64,000 bases of DNA, taken from assembly GCA_044070495.1 (NCBI GenBank), contig JBIPSI010000007.1, positions 114,499 through 178,498 on the forward strand, read 5' to 3'. This document shows positions 9,381 through 19,189 of this stretch, piece by piece. The first letter of the stretch is position 1; every line of letters starts with the position of its first letter. The stretch comes from Spirulina sp. Lineage in GTDB: Bacteria > Cyanobacteriota > Cyanobacteriia > Phormidesmidales > Phormidesmidaceae. The notes under the pieces are model-generated. The model was given only the letters and a program-made list of their open reading frames with translations, searched no databases and was not told the DNA's origin. The position numbers and the translations under genes are program-made.

Positions 9381-11504
9381 TTGAAGCGTGTATTTAGAAA
9401 ACAGTCCCTAGTCGAAGCTCCTCTCCCAAGTGGGGCGGCTGAGACCATTGGGCTACTGGGAGTCTGCCGCCAGCAGGTTAACGCTCCGGTCAGCATGTTA
9501 GGTTTTGCATTATCGGTGGGGGCTACGGCCTCTGTGGTCTCGATGCCCGGTTTGGCCCTGGCCTCCGAAGGCTCCACGGTTGTGGTGTTGCCCGCTGTCG
9601 GTAGCTCCATGCAAGCCTCGGACACTGCGGCTCCCTTGAGCTTGTCCGCAGCGGGACAGACCGACTTCTATACGGTGAGCGAAGGCGACACCCTATGGCA
9701 CATTGCGGCTCGCCACCAAGCCGATGTCGATGCCATTAAAACCGTTAACGGAATTTCCCAGAACGATGTCCTGCACGAAGGGCAGGTGCTGCGCGTTCCC
9801 ACCGACAGCCTCACGACGACGGCTCCTGTAGGGGCTGTGGGGGGCGAAGACCTCGCCATGACTGACGATACCAGCGCTGTGGCCTTGCTCTCTGTCGATG
9901 CCCTGGAGCAGGGCTGGGTCACCCTAGGGGAAGAGTCTGCGACCCTGGATGACGAAGACCTAGAGGCCGATGCCGACGCCCTCGACGATGAAGCCCTGAG
10001 CCAAGAGGACGACGAAGCGGCTACCACCCTAGCCACGGCGGCTATCGAGTCTCCCTGGTCTGGGTCATCGGTAACGGAAGCCCTGAATCAAGCCCCAGAT
10101 GTTTCCCCTGAGGCAGCAGCCACCGAGGAAACGGTGTCCTTGGCCGCAGCCCAGCCAGCCACCGCTGGCGCTGCGTCTAGCGGTTGGCAAGATGCCGCCG
10201 TGGACTTGGCGGCTGTTCCTGCGGATGAGGCATCGGCCCCAGGCCCGGCTCAACTGGCCAACGCCGAAACTGAATCTGAAGCGGTGTCGTCCGCTCAATC
10301 ACCCTCGGCCCTGCCCATGAGCATGGCACTCCACGATCCCAGCCAGCCCGTGGCCCCTCGGACGCTGGTGAAGCCTGAGTCCCGTCCTGTGGAAGCTGAT
10401 TCCCAGGTCAGTGCGGCCCAGCCCACCCCAGTTGATTCAGCCGACACCTTGGCGGCTGCGGAAAGCAGCACCCCCGTTACGTCTGCAAGCTCCGCCCGTA
10501 CCCGTGAGCAAGTGATCCAAGATCACCTGGCCCGCATCCGCGAATCCAATGGGGCGATGGTGAATCGGGACGAGCTGAATGAGCGTATTCGTCAGGCCCG
10601 TCTAGAGCTAGAGCGCAGCCGCACCGAGACCACCCCCCTCAGTTCTGGTCAGACCGCCCCCGCAGCTAGCCGTCCGATCACCCAAAGTTCGGCTCTGCTA
10701 GCCCGTGAATCGACCTTTGGGGCCGAACCTACGGCATCGGCACCCACCGCTACTACCCCCAACCGCATCGTGAGGGCCAGCGCCACGGAGCCTGTGCTCC
10801 CCAACCTGCCGAATCGGTTAGCTACGTCTGCGGCTACCCCAGCGGTAGAGGTTAATCGGCAAGGATGGACCGTGACCGATGCGGCCACCGAGGCCGAAGC
10901 TGCCCCCACCGAAGTTGCCGTAGCACCCCGGACGGCCCTACCCAACGAATCAGCGGCTGTCATCGACGCTCCAACCCTGGAAAATCGTCAGCTACTGGCG
11001 GCAGCTCCCCTAGGGGCAGAGGCCTATCGTCCCTTCCCCATGGTTGAAACGGGGCAAACGGTTTCCCCAGGTATGCCCATGCTGCCCGGATCCGATAGCT
11101 TCTTGCCTGAAGCTCCTAATCGGTTCAACGGCTATGTTTGGCCCGCCCGAGGCACCTTTACCTCTGGCTATGGCTGGCGCTGGGGCCGGATGCACCGTGG
11201 TATTGACGTAGCTGGGCCTGTGGGTACGCCCATTGTTGCCGCAGCCAGCGGTGTTGTGGTTCGCTCCGGCTGGAACTCCGGCGGCTACGGCAACCTAGTG
11301 GATATCCGCCACGCCGATGGTAGTCTCACCCGCTATGCTCACAACAGCCGTTTGCTGGTGCGAGAAGGTCAACAGGTAGCCCAGGGTCAACAAATTGCTG
11401 AGATGGGCAGCACGGGCCGCAGCACAGGCCCTCACCTTCACTTTGAGATCCACCTCCCTGGCACAGGCACTGTCAACCCTATGGCCTACCTGCCTAGCCG
11501 CTAG
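9381..11504 (+). CDS. LysM + M23 metalloendopeptidase (NlpD-like)
   Basis: LysM YTVSEGDTLWHIA; M23 motifs HRGID, YAHN, TGPHLHFEI; long low-complexity linker. Confidence 0.9.
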   Translation: MKRVFRKQSLVEAPLPSGAAETIGLLGVCRQQVNAPVSMLGFALSVGATASVVSMPGLALASEGSTVVVLPAVGSSMQASDTAAPLSLSAAGQTDFYTVSEGDTLWHIAARHQADVDAIKTVNGISQNDVLHEGQVLRVPTDSLTTTAPVGAVGGEDLAMTDDTSAVALLSVDALEQGWVTLGEESATLDDEDLEADADALDDEALSQEDDEAATTLATAAIESPWSGSSVTEALNQAPDVSPEAAATEETVSLAAAQPATAGAASSGWQDAAVDLAAVPADEASAPGPAQLANAETESEAVSSAQSPSALPMSMALHDPSQPVAPRTLVKPESRPVEADSQVSAAQPTPVDSADTLAAAESSTPVTSASSARTREQVIQDHLARIRESNGAMVNRDELNERIRQARLELERSRTETTPLSSGQTAPAASRPITQSSALLARESTFGAEPTASAPTATTPNRIVRASATEPVLPNLPNRLATSAATPAVEVNRQGWTVTDAATEAEAAPTEVAVAPRTALPNESAAVIDAPTLENRQLLAAAPLGAEAYRPFPMVETGQTVSPGMPMLPGSDSFLPEAPNRFNGYVWPARGTFTSGYGWRWGRMHRGIDVAGPVGTPIVAAASGVVVRSGWNSGGYGNLVDIRHADGSLTRYAHNSRLLVREGQQVAQGQQIAEMGSTGRSTGPHLHFEIHLPGTGTVNPMAYLPSR

Positions 11505-11527
11505 ATAGGGGTTCCTTAGGTTCATGG

Positions 11528-11560
11528 ACAGGTTAGCTCTTCTGGGCTAGCCTGTTTTTT
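11528..11560 (+). terminator. intrinsic terminator
   Basis: ACAGGTTAGC...GCTAGCCTGT hairpin followed by a T run, just after the stop codon. Confidence 0.75.
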
Positions 11561-11623
11561 ATGAGGCTTGAATTCTGGGTGTTTGCTCCTAGGGTTTTGC
11601 AGAGCACTGGTGCAAGAATATGA

Positions 11624-11771
11624 CAGCAATTCTCATTTTGGTCAATTGGCCGTTCGCCCTGAGCCTGTCGAAGGGTGAAAAGGCTTGCTCCCTAAGGGAG
11701 CCACTGCGTGAACGGCAGGTTCAGCCTGAGCGGTATTTTATTCACCAGTCTAGTCATACTGAGAATTGCTG
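11624..11771. mobile_element. MITE family B (148 bp) with CTGAGCCTGTCGAAG palindromic cargo
   Basis: 12-bp TIR CAGCAATTCTCA/TGAGAATTGCTG; 9-bp flanks AGAATATGA/AGAATATTA (one mismatch). Confidence 0.8.
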
Positions 11772-11860
11772 AGAATATTATGTCTAGATCTTTGTGGCGA
11801 TAGTTCTGTGATATATTTATTAACCGTGGGTTGAGTTTTATGAATTCAGCGCCATGCTAC

Positions 11861-11932
11861 GGCTCAGTAGCTCAGTGGTAGAGCAGGGGACTCATAAGCC
11901 CTTGGTCGCGTGTTCAAATCACGCCTGAGCCA
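11861..11932 (+). tRNA. tRNA-Met (CAT), probably elongator
   Basis: GGCTCAG/CTGAGCC acceptor stem, CTCATAA anticodon loop, GTTCAAATC T arm; G1-C72 paired, so not initiator; CCA not encoded; tRNA-Ile2 not fully excluded. Confidence 0.9.
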
Positions 11933-12140
11933 TTCTTTAACGACAGCTAGTCACCTCAACACCCTTGATTTACTGGTGCTCTTAGGGGGCCGCGTTTTGC
12001 TAACCCTTACCCATCCTTTCGTAGGCCCTGACTAATCTTGCTGATACTGACTAGCTGAACGGGGAATTTTAGGACGAATTGTAGGCTACCGAATAGCCAA
12101 GGGTAACTGAAGCAGACGAAGGACTCCTGCGGCGGTGTGG

Positions 12141-13505
12141 CTAGACGAGTCGGTTTTCCTCAATACAGTGCCGATACCAGTGAAAGCTGGCTTTGGGGAT
12201 GCGTTGCTGGGTGGGGTAGTCTACGTAAACAAGGCCAAAGCGGCGATCATAGCCGTAGGCCCACTCAAAGTTATCGAGAAAACTCCAGAGATAGTAGCCC
12301 AGTAGCGGGTAGCCTTCCTGAATGGCGCGGTGGGCGGATTGCAGGTATTGGCGCAGGTAATGGATGCGGTCGAGGTCGAGCACTTCGCCCTGGGGGGTGA
12401 GGGTATCTTGGGTGGCGCAGCCGTTTTCGGCGATCACCATGGGCAGGTCGGGGCGGTTGAGGGTGTCGCTGATGTGGCGCACGCCCCAGTAGAGGCTATC
12501 GGGTACTAGGTGAAGCCAGGGTATATGCAGGCGGGGATAGCCCTGGGGAAAGGGCAGTACCTCGTAGCCCTGGGGGTGGTCTGCGGCCCGCACGTAGAGG
12601 CCGCTGTAGACGTTGTAGCCCAAGGCATCGAGGGGCTGATGGATAGTAGCGAGATCGTCGGGTTGGATATCGGGGGCCTCTGGGCCGAGGCGCTCTAGCA
12701 GGGCAGGGTGATAGGATCCGGTGAGGGCGGGAAAAATTACGCCGCCATTGGTGCCCACGGTGGCAAAGGCGGCCTGGGCAGCGGCGATGTCGGCGGGGGT
12801 GTCGGTGAGGGGCACCGTGGCCCTGTAGTTGTCTACGAGGGAAACCTGGCAGGGGCGGGGAGAGGCGGCGCGAATCGCTTGGCAGCCGAGGCCATGGGCC
12901 AGCAGGGCATGGTGGGAGGTTTGCCAAACCTCTTTCACGGTATTGACCACGGTGCCGGGGGCCATGGCGGGTACTTGGCCGACGCCGTAGCCGTTGTGGG
13001 TGAAGCACCAGATTTCGTTGAGGGTGGTCCAACGGTTGACCCGATCCCCCAGGTGTTTTACGGCCACGGTGGCGTAGTCTGCAAAGTCTTGGGCCATCTG
13101 CCGACTGCGCCAGGAACCGTAGGCATCCTCTAGGGCCTGGGGGCTATCCCAGTGAAACAGCGTCACCTGGGGGGTGATGTCGTAGCTGAGCAGGGTGTCT
13201 ACCAGCTCGTCGTAAAAGGCTAGTCCCTGGGCGTTCACCTGGCCCCGTCCCTCTGGCAAAAGGCGCGGCCAGGACAGGCTAAAGCGATAGTGGCGCACCC
13301 CTAGTTCTGCCATCAGGGCGATGTCTTCCCGAAACCGGGCCAGGTGATCGCAGGCGATGGCTCCGGTGTCGCCCTTCAAAACTCGGCCTGGGGTTTGGCT
13401 GAAGGTATCCCAAATGCTGATCCCCCGTGCCGCTGCGGCCCCTTCGATTTGGTAGGCGGAGGTGGCGACGCCCCATTGAAAGCCCGATGGAAAGGTGTAG
13501 AACAT
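12141..13505 (-). CDS. GH1 beta-glucosidase
   Basis: FQWGVATSAYQIEG, YRFSLSWPR, TLNE and AENG catalytic Glu motifs, DNFEWAYGY. Confidence 0.95.
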   Translation of the reverse strand: MFYTFPSGFQWGVATSAYQIEGAAAARGISIWDTFSQTPGRVLKGDTGAIACDHLARFREDIALMAELGVRHYRFSLSWPRLLPEGRGQVNAQGLAFYDELVDTLLSYDITPQVTLFHWDSPQALEDAYGSWRSRQMAQDFADYATVAVKHLGDRVNRWTTLNEIWCFTHNGYGVGQVPAMAPGTVVNTVKEVWQTSHHALLAHGLGCQAIRAASPRPCQVSLVDNYRATVPLTDTPADIAAAQAAFATVGTNGGVIFPALTGSYHPALLERLGPEAPDIQPDDLATIHQPLDALGYNVYSGLYVRAADHPQGYEVLPFPQGYPRLHIPWLHLVPDSLYWGVRHISDTLNRPDLPMVIAENGCATQDTLTPQGEVLDLDRIHYLRQYLQSAHRAIQEGYPLLGYYLWSFLDNFEWAYGYDRRFGLVYVDYPTQQRIPKASFHWYRHCIEENRLV

Positions 13506-13552
13506 GGCGGGAGAAGGGAGAGGGGACACACCGAGGCAGGCTTGAGGGGGGC

Positions 13553-13615
13553 AAGGTGTTGAAGGGGGAAGGTGTTGAAGGGGGAAGGTGCTAAAGGGGG
13601 AAGGTGTTGAAGGGG
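13553..13615. repeat. 16-bp tandem repeat x4 (AAGGTGTTGAAGGGGG)
   Basis: Units at 13553, 13569, 13585 and 13601. Confidence 0.9.
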
Positions 13616-13622
13616 CTGGGCG

Positions 13623-14324
13623 TTATCCTAGGCGGCGTTCGGCGATGTCTCGGTCACGCTGGAGGGACAGTTCTAGGTTTACCAGGTCGCTGAGCTGCTG
13701 GGTGAGGGTTTCGACCTGGCGTTGGGCGGCTAGTTTGCGATGGAGAGCGGCTCTGGCCAGATCCTCACGCTGTTGGGCTAGGGCGCGTTCGGCCACCTGG
13801 TGCCAGGTTTCGATTTCCCGCTGGGCCGCTTGCTGGGTGGTGAGGGTGGATTGGTAGGCGACGGCAATGTCTCCCATGGCTTTCTGGAAGAGGAACAGTG
13901 CCTGTTCTGGGGTTTGGTTTTGGCTGGTGCGTTCGGCCCAGCGCCGGAAGGGGGATCCATTCAGTTGATTACTGTCTAGACCAAAGGTGGCCAGTTGGGT
14001 GCTTTCGCGACGACCCGTTTTGCACCAAGTGGCAAAGTGTTCGCAGTTGTTAAAAAATAGGTCGTACTGGCGTTCCCCGATGCGGCTTTCGGCGCGAGCC
14101 ATGACCACATCGTCGGCATCGGCCATGGCATGGTAGACCGGGTGAATGGGATGCCCCCAGGTAAACGCCTCTAGGCTGGTGCGCTCGACCTGGGCATCAT
14201 CCCCCATCTTGCGGTAGTGGATGACGCTGCCATCGCCGCAGTCGATGCCGTGGTGTTGATAGACCCCTTGAATACTCGCCAAGGGACGCATCACATAGAT
14301 TTGATCGCTTCTAGCCATGGGCAA
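13623..14324 (-). CDS. LRAT/NC-domain protein with PspA-like C-terminal coiled coil
   Basis: HHGIDCGDG, NNCEHFA; tail QREDLARAALHRK. Confidence 0.85.
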   Translation of the reverse strand: MPMARSDQIYVMRPLASIQGVYQHHGIDCGDGSVIHYRKMGDDAQVERTSLEAFTWGHPIHPVYHAMADADDVVMARAESRIGERQYDLFFNNCEHFATWCKTGRRESTQLATFGLDSNQLNGSPFRRWAERTSQNQTPEQALFLFQKAMGDIAVAYQSTLTTQQAAQREIETWHQVAERALAQQREDLARAALHRKLAAQRQVETLTQQLSDLVNLELSLQRDRDIAERRLG

Positions 14325-14376
14325 CGCGGATGCGAGGACGGAAACTAAGTGAATGACCTGTTAGTCAATGACCGTG

Positions 14377-14817
14377 CTAGTGAATGACCGTGGTTTGGTG
14401 GGGCATGTCATCGGCATCGTCGGCATCGAGGGAGGTGGGAACTGGCGCATCCTCCGAGGCATGGGCCTCGGCCCGTCGCCGATTGCTCAGCAGTTCTTGG
14501 AGGGGATCGCGTTTTTCAGCGGTGGTGTGAATTTGAATATTAGGGCCAGACCGAGCTAGGCGAATAATGATGCCATCCTCAACGGGGATCTCGTCAATCC
14601 GCTTGCCGTCTAGGTAGGTGCCATTGGTGCCTAGGCTCTTCACTCGCCAGCCATGATCGGTACGGTGAATTTCCACATGGTGCCGCGAAACCACCGCACT
14701 GTAGAGGATCACATTGTTATCGCTAGACCGACCTACCCGAATCACCGGCTCTTGGTCAAAGGACCAATGCTGAACCGGGGTTTTATGGAGGGGATGGAGC
14801 AAAGAAAGGGTAATCAC
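14377..14817 (-). CDS. FHA domain protein
   Basis: VGRSSDN, VSRHH, GTNGT. Confidence 0.9.
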   Translation of the reverse strand: MITLSLLHPLHKTPVQHWSFDQEPVIRVGRSSDNNVILYSAVVSRHHVEIHRTDHGWRVKSLGTNGTYLDGKRIDEIPVEDGIIIRLARSGPNIQIHTTAEKRDPLQELLSNRRRAEAHASEDAPVPTSLDADDADDMPHQTTVIH

Positions 14818-14965
14818 ATTAACCGGCTTGAGATCCTAGCTTATAGACACTCATCATAGGGGAGTCTTCAAAACTTCGCTCACTACGATTTTAAGAGAGG
14901 CAATAAAAGATAGAAAGGTTAACGGCCTGTTCTGCCTATGCTGCCTCCCTAGGGAAACCAACGGG

Positions 14966-15724
14966 TTATGCCACCCGTTGCGCCCCTGGCACGTCCAAAT
15001 CGCCAACGGCCTCCGCATCCAGCAACCAGAGGAGGTGCCCCGTGGGGCGCACTAGGCGCACTGGGTAGGCCGCATCCTCCGCCGTGGGTGAAAATACCTG
15101 GGTGAGGGCTGTCTGTTTGCTGGCCCCCGCCGCCACAATCATCACCTGACGGCTGTGGTTGATCAACGGTGCCGTGAAGGTAATTCGGGGTTCACCGTCC
15201 TTGTCTCCCACCGTCACCCAGGCATCCTCCACCGCCAGGGCCGCCGTGTGGGGAAACAGCGAGGCGGTGTGGCCATCGTCGCCCATGCCTAGCCAGATTA
15301 GGTCGAATTGGGGAAAGCCCGCCGAAGCAAGGGGTTGGAGATCGGCAAAAACTGCCTTTAAATCAGCCTCGTAGCGTTGGGCCGACTGGGCCGGATCGCC
15401 CTCGGTGGTGGGGGTTACCCAAACGTGATCCGCCGGAATGGGCACCTGATCCAACCAAGCCCGCTTGGCCATGCCCGCATTGCTGTCGGGATGATCCACA
15501 GGTACGTAGCGCTCATCTCCCCAAAACACGTAGATTTTGTCCCAGGGCAAATCTTGTTGCGCTAATCCTTCATAGATTGGCTTCGGTGTGCTGCCCCCCG
15601 CCAGCGCCAGGGTGCAATAGTCGTGATCGGCAATCGCTTTCTCAATGCAGGCGACGGATCGCTCTAGGGCGTGGCGCACAAGGGCCGTTTTATTCGGCAG
15701 AACTTCAATGGTTGGTGCAGTCAT
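14966..15724 (-). CDS. pgl: 6-phosphogluconolactonase
   Basis: LAGGSTP, WGDERYV, LGMGDDGHTASLFP. Confidence 0.95.
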   Translation of the reverse strand: MTAPTIEVLPNKTALVRHALERSVACIEKAIADHDYCTLALAGGSTPKPIYEGLAQQDLPWDKIYVFWGDERYVPVDHPDSNAGMAKRAWLDQVPIPADHVWVTPTTEGDPAQSAQRYEADLKAVFADLQPLASAGFPQFDLIWLGMGDDGHTASLFPHTAALAVEDAWVTVGDKDGEPRITFTAPLINHSRQVMIVAAGASKQTALTQVFSPTAEDAAYPVRLVRPTGHLLWLLDAEAVGDLDVPGAQRVA

Positions 15725-15936
15725 CGACAACCTACTCCGAAGGGATTCAGACGCATGGAGCCAGGGCCAGCGACCCCGCCACAAAACTGCCCGTAGCCTA
15801 GCCTAACTTTTCCTGCCTTTGGCCAAACTTAAGCCAAATTTAGGGTCACGCTCTGGCCAAAGGGGATGGGATGGCGCTTGTGGCCTCTCTCTTAGAATAC
15901 TCCGTGGAAATAACTATCCATTTATCGTAGGCATCC

Positions 15937-16039
15937 GCCCTCACCCCTGCCCCTCTCCCTAGGGAGAGGGGTTCTGAATCCGGCTCCCCTTCTCCTTAGT
16001 CCCCTTCTCCTTAGGGAGAAGGGGTTGGGGGATGAGGGC
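15937..16039. repeat. CCCTCTCCC double-hairpin module with an internal 15-bp tandem duplication
   Basis: Same architecture as 2702-2795; TCCCCTTCTCCTTAG duplicated. Confidence 0.8.
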
Positions 16040-16243
16040 GAAGCTCGGACGTGGATGCTTTATTGGTTGGATTACGCTTAGCGGACAGGCTTTGGGATAG
16101 CCCAGGCCGTTTGTGAAAAGATCCCCCTGAATTCCAGAGGATTGAGCCTGCCTGCCCTAGGCTGTATTCAGCGGGCCAGAATCGGGACAGAAGCCTGCCC
16201 TAGGCATCCTGTTGCGCCCCACTACGTTCCGCTCGATGAACCC

Positions 16244-16585
16244 ATGCACGAACTCAGCATCACCCAAACCATTATTGATACCGTGATTGACGCGGCCCAG
16301 GGTGCCCCCGTGCAGCGCATCACCCTAGAAATTGGCGAACTTTCGGCGATTCTGCCCGATTCCATTCAGTTTTGCTTTGAAGCCTGCACCCCCAATACCC
16401 CCCTGGCCGGGGCCGAACTGGAGATTCAGACCGTTCCAGGGCGGGGCCGCTGCCGAGCCTGCGGCCACGAAATGCCTCTGGATATGCCCTACGGCATTTG
16501 TGAGCAATGCGATAGCCTAGCCATCGACATCATTGCCGGACAAGGATTGGTGATTCTTTCTATGGAGACCGTGCCATGTGCGTAA
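16244..16585 (+). CDS. hypA: hydrogenase nickel metallochaperone
   Basis: MHELSI start, two CxxC motifs. Confidence 0.95.
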   Translation: MHELSITQTIIDTVIDAAQGAPVQRITLEIGELSAILPDSIQFCFEACTPNTPLAGAELEIQTVPGRGRCRACGHEMPLDMPYGICEQCDSLAIDIIAGQGLVILSMETVPCA

Positions 16586-17508
16586 CCTGCGGCTGTTCCG
16601 ACGGGGCCGAACCCACCTTAACGAACCTGTCCACCGGGGAAACCACCTCCCTGGCCGACCCCAACACCGAACACACCCACCACCTCCCCAACGGCCAAAC
16701 CCTCACCCACCGCCACGGCCCACAGGATAGCGCTCCCTATTCCCACGATCATGGTCACAACCACGACCATGGTTACGGTCATGATCATGGTCACGATCAC
16801 AGCCAAAATCACACCCACTCCCCATTCCCCACTCCCCACTCCCCACTCCCCACCTCCCTCCACGCCCTAGAAATCAACGTCCTGGCCAAAAACGACCTGA
16901 TTGCCGCCCAAAACCGGGGCTGGTTTGAGGGTCGCGACGTGCTGGCCCTGAACCTGGTGAGTTCCCCCGGTGCCGGGAAGACGACGCTATTGACTCAGAC
17001 CATCAACGACCTCAAGGATCGCCTATCGTTTGCGGTGATTGAGGGCGATCAGGCCACCCTCCACGATGCCGAGCGGATTCGGGCGACGGGCTGCGGCGTG
17101 GTGCAGGTAAACACGGGCACGGGCTGTCACCTAGAGGCCGAGATGGTGCGGCGGGGGGTGCAGACCCTAAAGCCTCCGGCCCGTTCGGTGCTGATGATTG
17201 AGAATGTGGGCAACCTGGTGTGTCCGGCTCTATTTGACCTGGGGGAACGGGCCAAGGTGGCGATTCTCTCGGTGACGGAGGGCGACGACAAGCCCCTGAA
17301 ATATCCCCACATGTTTCGGGCCAGCCAGATTATGCTGCTGAACAAAATCGACCTGCTGCCCTACGTGAATTTTGATGTGGAGCGCTGCATCGCCTATGCC
17401 CGCCAAGTGAACCCCGATATCCAGGTGTTCCCGGTGTCGGCTACCTCCGGGGAAGGGCTGGATCATTGGTATGCGTGGCTGCTCGATCAGGTCAGTACCT
17501 TGGTGTAG
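16576..17508 (+). CDS. hypB: hydrogenase nickel incorporation GTPase
   Basis: MCVTCGC, His-rich tract, SSPGAGKTT, CHLEA, ENVGNLVCP, DDKPLKYP. Confidence 0.96.
   Translation: MCVTCGCSDGAEPTLTNLSTGETTSLADPNTEHTHHLPNGQTLTHRHGPQDSAPYSHDHGHNHDHGYGHDHGHDHSQNHTHSPFPTPHSPLPTSLHALEINVLAKNDLIAAQNRGWFEGRDVLALNLVSSPGAGKTTLLTQTINDLKDRLSFAVIEGDQATLHDAERIRATGCGVVQVNTGTGCHLEAEMVRRGVQTLKPPARSVLMIENVGNLVCPALFDLGERAKVAILSVTEGDDKPLKYPHMFRASQIMLLNKIDLLPYVNFDVERCIAYARQVNPDIQVFPVSATSGEGLDHWYAWLLDQVSTLV
16814..16851 (+). repeat. heptamer tandem repeat CCCCA(C/T)T (STRR-like) inside hypB
   Basis: cccact ccccatt ccccact ccccact ccccact ccc. Confidence 0.75.
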
Positions 17509-18545
17509 TTCAGCCAGCTCTCTTTGACCTGAAAGCCCACGGATTCATAAAGGGTTTTGGCGTGGTTGGGGTTGTCTCGGTCTACGCCAATCAGCGCCGT
17601 ATCAAGTCCAGCTTCCTGAAGCTGCTGCAAACCATAAAGCAACATGGCCCGCCCCAACCCTTGGCGACGATAGCCCCGACGGGTGCCCAAAAGCGCGATA
17701 CTGCCCTCTCGGCGTTGGTGGCGGGTATTCTCCTCGTGGGGGATGTGGGCGGCGCAGAACCCGGCTAGGGTGCCATCGTCAGCCACGGCCACCCAGTCTA
17801 GATCGGGCTGGTAGGTGGGGATTTTGGCGTGGTGCTGATGTTGGGCCACGGTCATGGGGACGAAGTGCCAGTGGTCGATAAACGTATCGTTAAACAGGGC
17901 CACCCAATCTTCGGCGGAAACGGTATCGGCCCGCTGGATCGCAAAACCGGGGGGCATCTGCGGGTTCTCAAGGGCTAGGCTGAGGGGGCGCTGGAGGGTT
18001 TGGAACCATCGGGTTTTGCGAAAATGGTGGGCCTCGTAGACAGCCTGTTCTTCGGTACGGTTTTGGGCGATGACCACCCGCAGGTGAACAGGAATATGGG
18101 GATCCGGTCGGGTGGTTTGCACATAATGTTCGGCCCAGTCGAGCAGGGTCGCTTCCAAACCCTGGTGACGATAGTGGGGATGCACCATGATTCCCAAATG
18201 GCTATTCACCACGGGCGGGTAGGTTCCTGGTGTTGGCGATGGATTGTCCTGGGTTTTGGAGTCTGGGGATGGATCCGGGGGGATATCGGTTCTGGGATCG
18301 CTCATCCACAACGTCACCACGCCCACCAGTTGCCCATCCGCTGTTTCCCAATATTGCCGATGCTGCCGACCACCGGGGGGCGGGTGATCCATCCGACGCT
18401 GAAGCTGTTCTAGGGTAGGGGCGTGATCGTTGGGATCAGCCTGCTCACAGGCTTGGTAAAAAGCCACTAGGGCGGGTAAATCGGATTGTCCTTGTTCGGG
18501 CCTAGGGATGAGCAACGGTAGAGCGGTGGTTATCATGGCATCCAC
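17487..18545 (-). CDS. tandem GNAT acetyltransferase
   Basis: Two acetyl-CoA motifs: VHPHYRHQGL and TRRGYRRQGLG; LYESVGF. Confidence 0.88.
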   Translation of the reverse strand: MDAMITTALPLLIPRPEQGQSDLPALVAFYQACEQADPNDHAPTLEQLQRRMDHPPPGGRQHRQYWETADGQLVGVVTLWMSDPRTDIPPDPSPDSKTQDNPSPTPGTYPPVVNSHLGIMVHPHYRHQGLEATLLDWAEHYVQTTRPDPHIPVHLRVVIAQNRTEEQAVYEAHHFRKTRWFQTLQRPLSLALENPQMPPGFAIQRADTVSAEDWVALFNDTFIDHWHFVPMTVAQHQHHAKIPTYQPDLDWVAVADDGTLAGFCAAHIPHEENTRHQRREGSIALLGTRRGYRRQGLGRAMLLYGLQQLQEAGLDTALIGVDRDNPNHAKTLYESVGFQVKESWLNYTKVLT

Positions 18546-18668
18546 CCGACATTCATAATGGGGATCAATTCAGATCGCTACAGCGTCAGACTAGCCATTC
18601 CCGATGTCGTCAAACTTCTTAACTGAGCAGACTGAGCTTGAACCAACCCCTCCCCTTGCCCCTCACCC

Positions 18669-19118
18669 ATGACACCCTCCCCACCACCCCGTATCCGATG
18701 GCTGGCGTATCTGCTGATGGGTGGAGGTGCCCTGATTGGCCTAGGCACTATCGCACCCTTGGGGTTGTTGGCGGTGGCGGTGGCCCAAGATGGCTGGGAA
18801 GAATGGCAGCGCTGCCGAGGCCATACGGACTTTGACCCAGCGGTGTGGAACGATCCGACCCGTTCCCTAGAACCGCCCTACCTGCGAAGCTGCATGGTGG
18901 ACGATCTGCTGGCCCAGGGTTTACTCCTCCAAAAAACCGAAGCGGAAGTTATCGACCTGTTAGGAACGCCGGAGCCGCCGGAACATGGCTTTAGCGACTA
19001 TGACCTCGTGTTTGTGGTGGGGCCAGAGCGCAGCTTCATCAGCATCGATTACGAATGGCTGCTGCTTAATTTGGATGATCAAGGGCGGGTGCAGGACACG
19101 CTATTGATGACGGACTGA
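18669..19118 (+). CDS. membrane-anchored hypothetical protein
   Basis: N-terminal TM helix; RSCMVDDL...EVIDLLG.P segment. Confidence 0.7.
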   Translation: MTPSPPPRIRWLAYLLMGGGALIGLGTIAPLGLLAVAVAQDGWEEWQRCRGHTDFDPAVWNDPTRSLEPPYLRSCMVDDLLAQGLLLQKTEAEVIDLLGTPEPPEHGFSDYDLVFVVGPERSFISIDYEWLLLNLDDQGRVQDTLLMTD

Positions 19119-19189
19119 TGGCTATGACGGGCTAATCATGATCAGGGATAAGCCCCTACGATGATTACTCGTTGTGATAACAGGCTCAT

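Noticed and set aside
11861..11932. Intronless CAT tRNA as a self-target of the endonuclease
   Set aside because: Anticodon arm GGGGACT/CATAAGCCCTT differs at several positions from the fMet site TCGGGCT/CATAACCCGAA.
13553..13615. Possible CRISPR array
   Set aside because: Head-to-tail repeats without spacers; no cas genes or spacer-separated repeats seen in the window.
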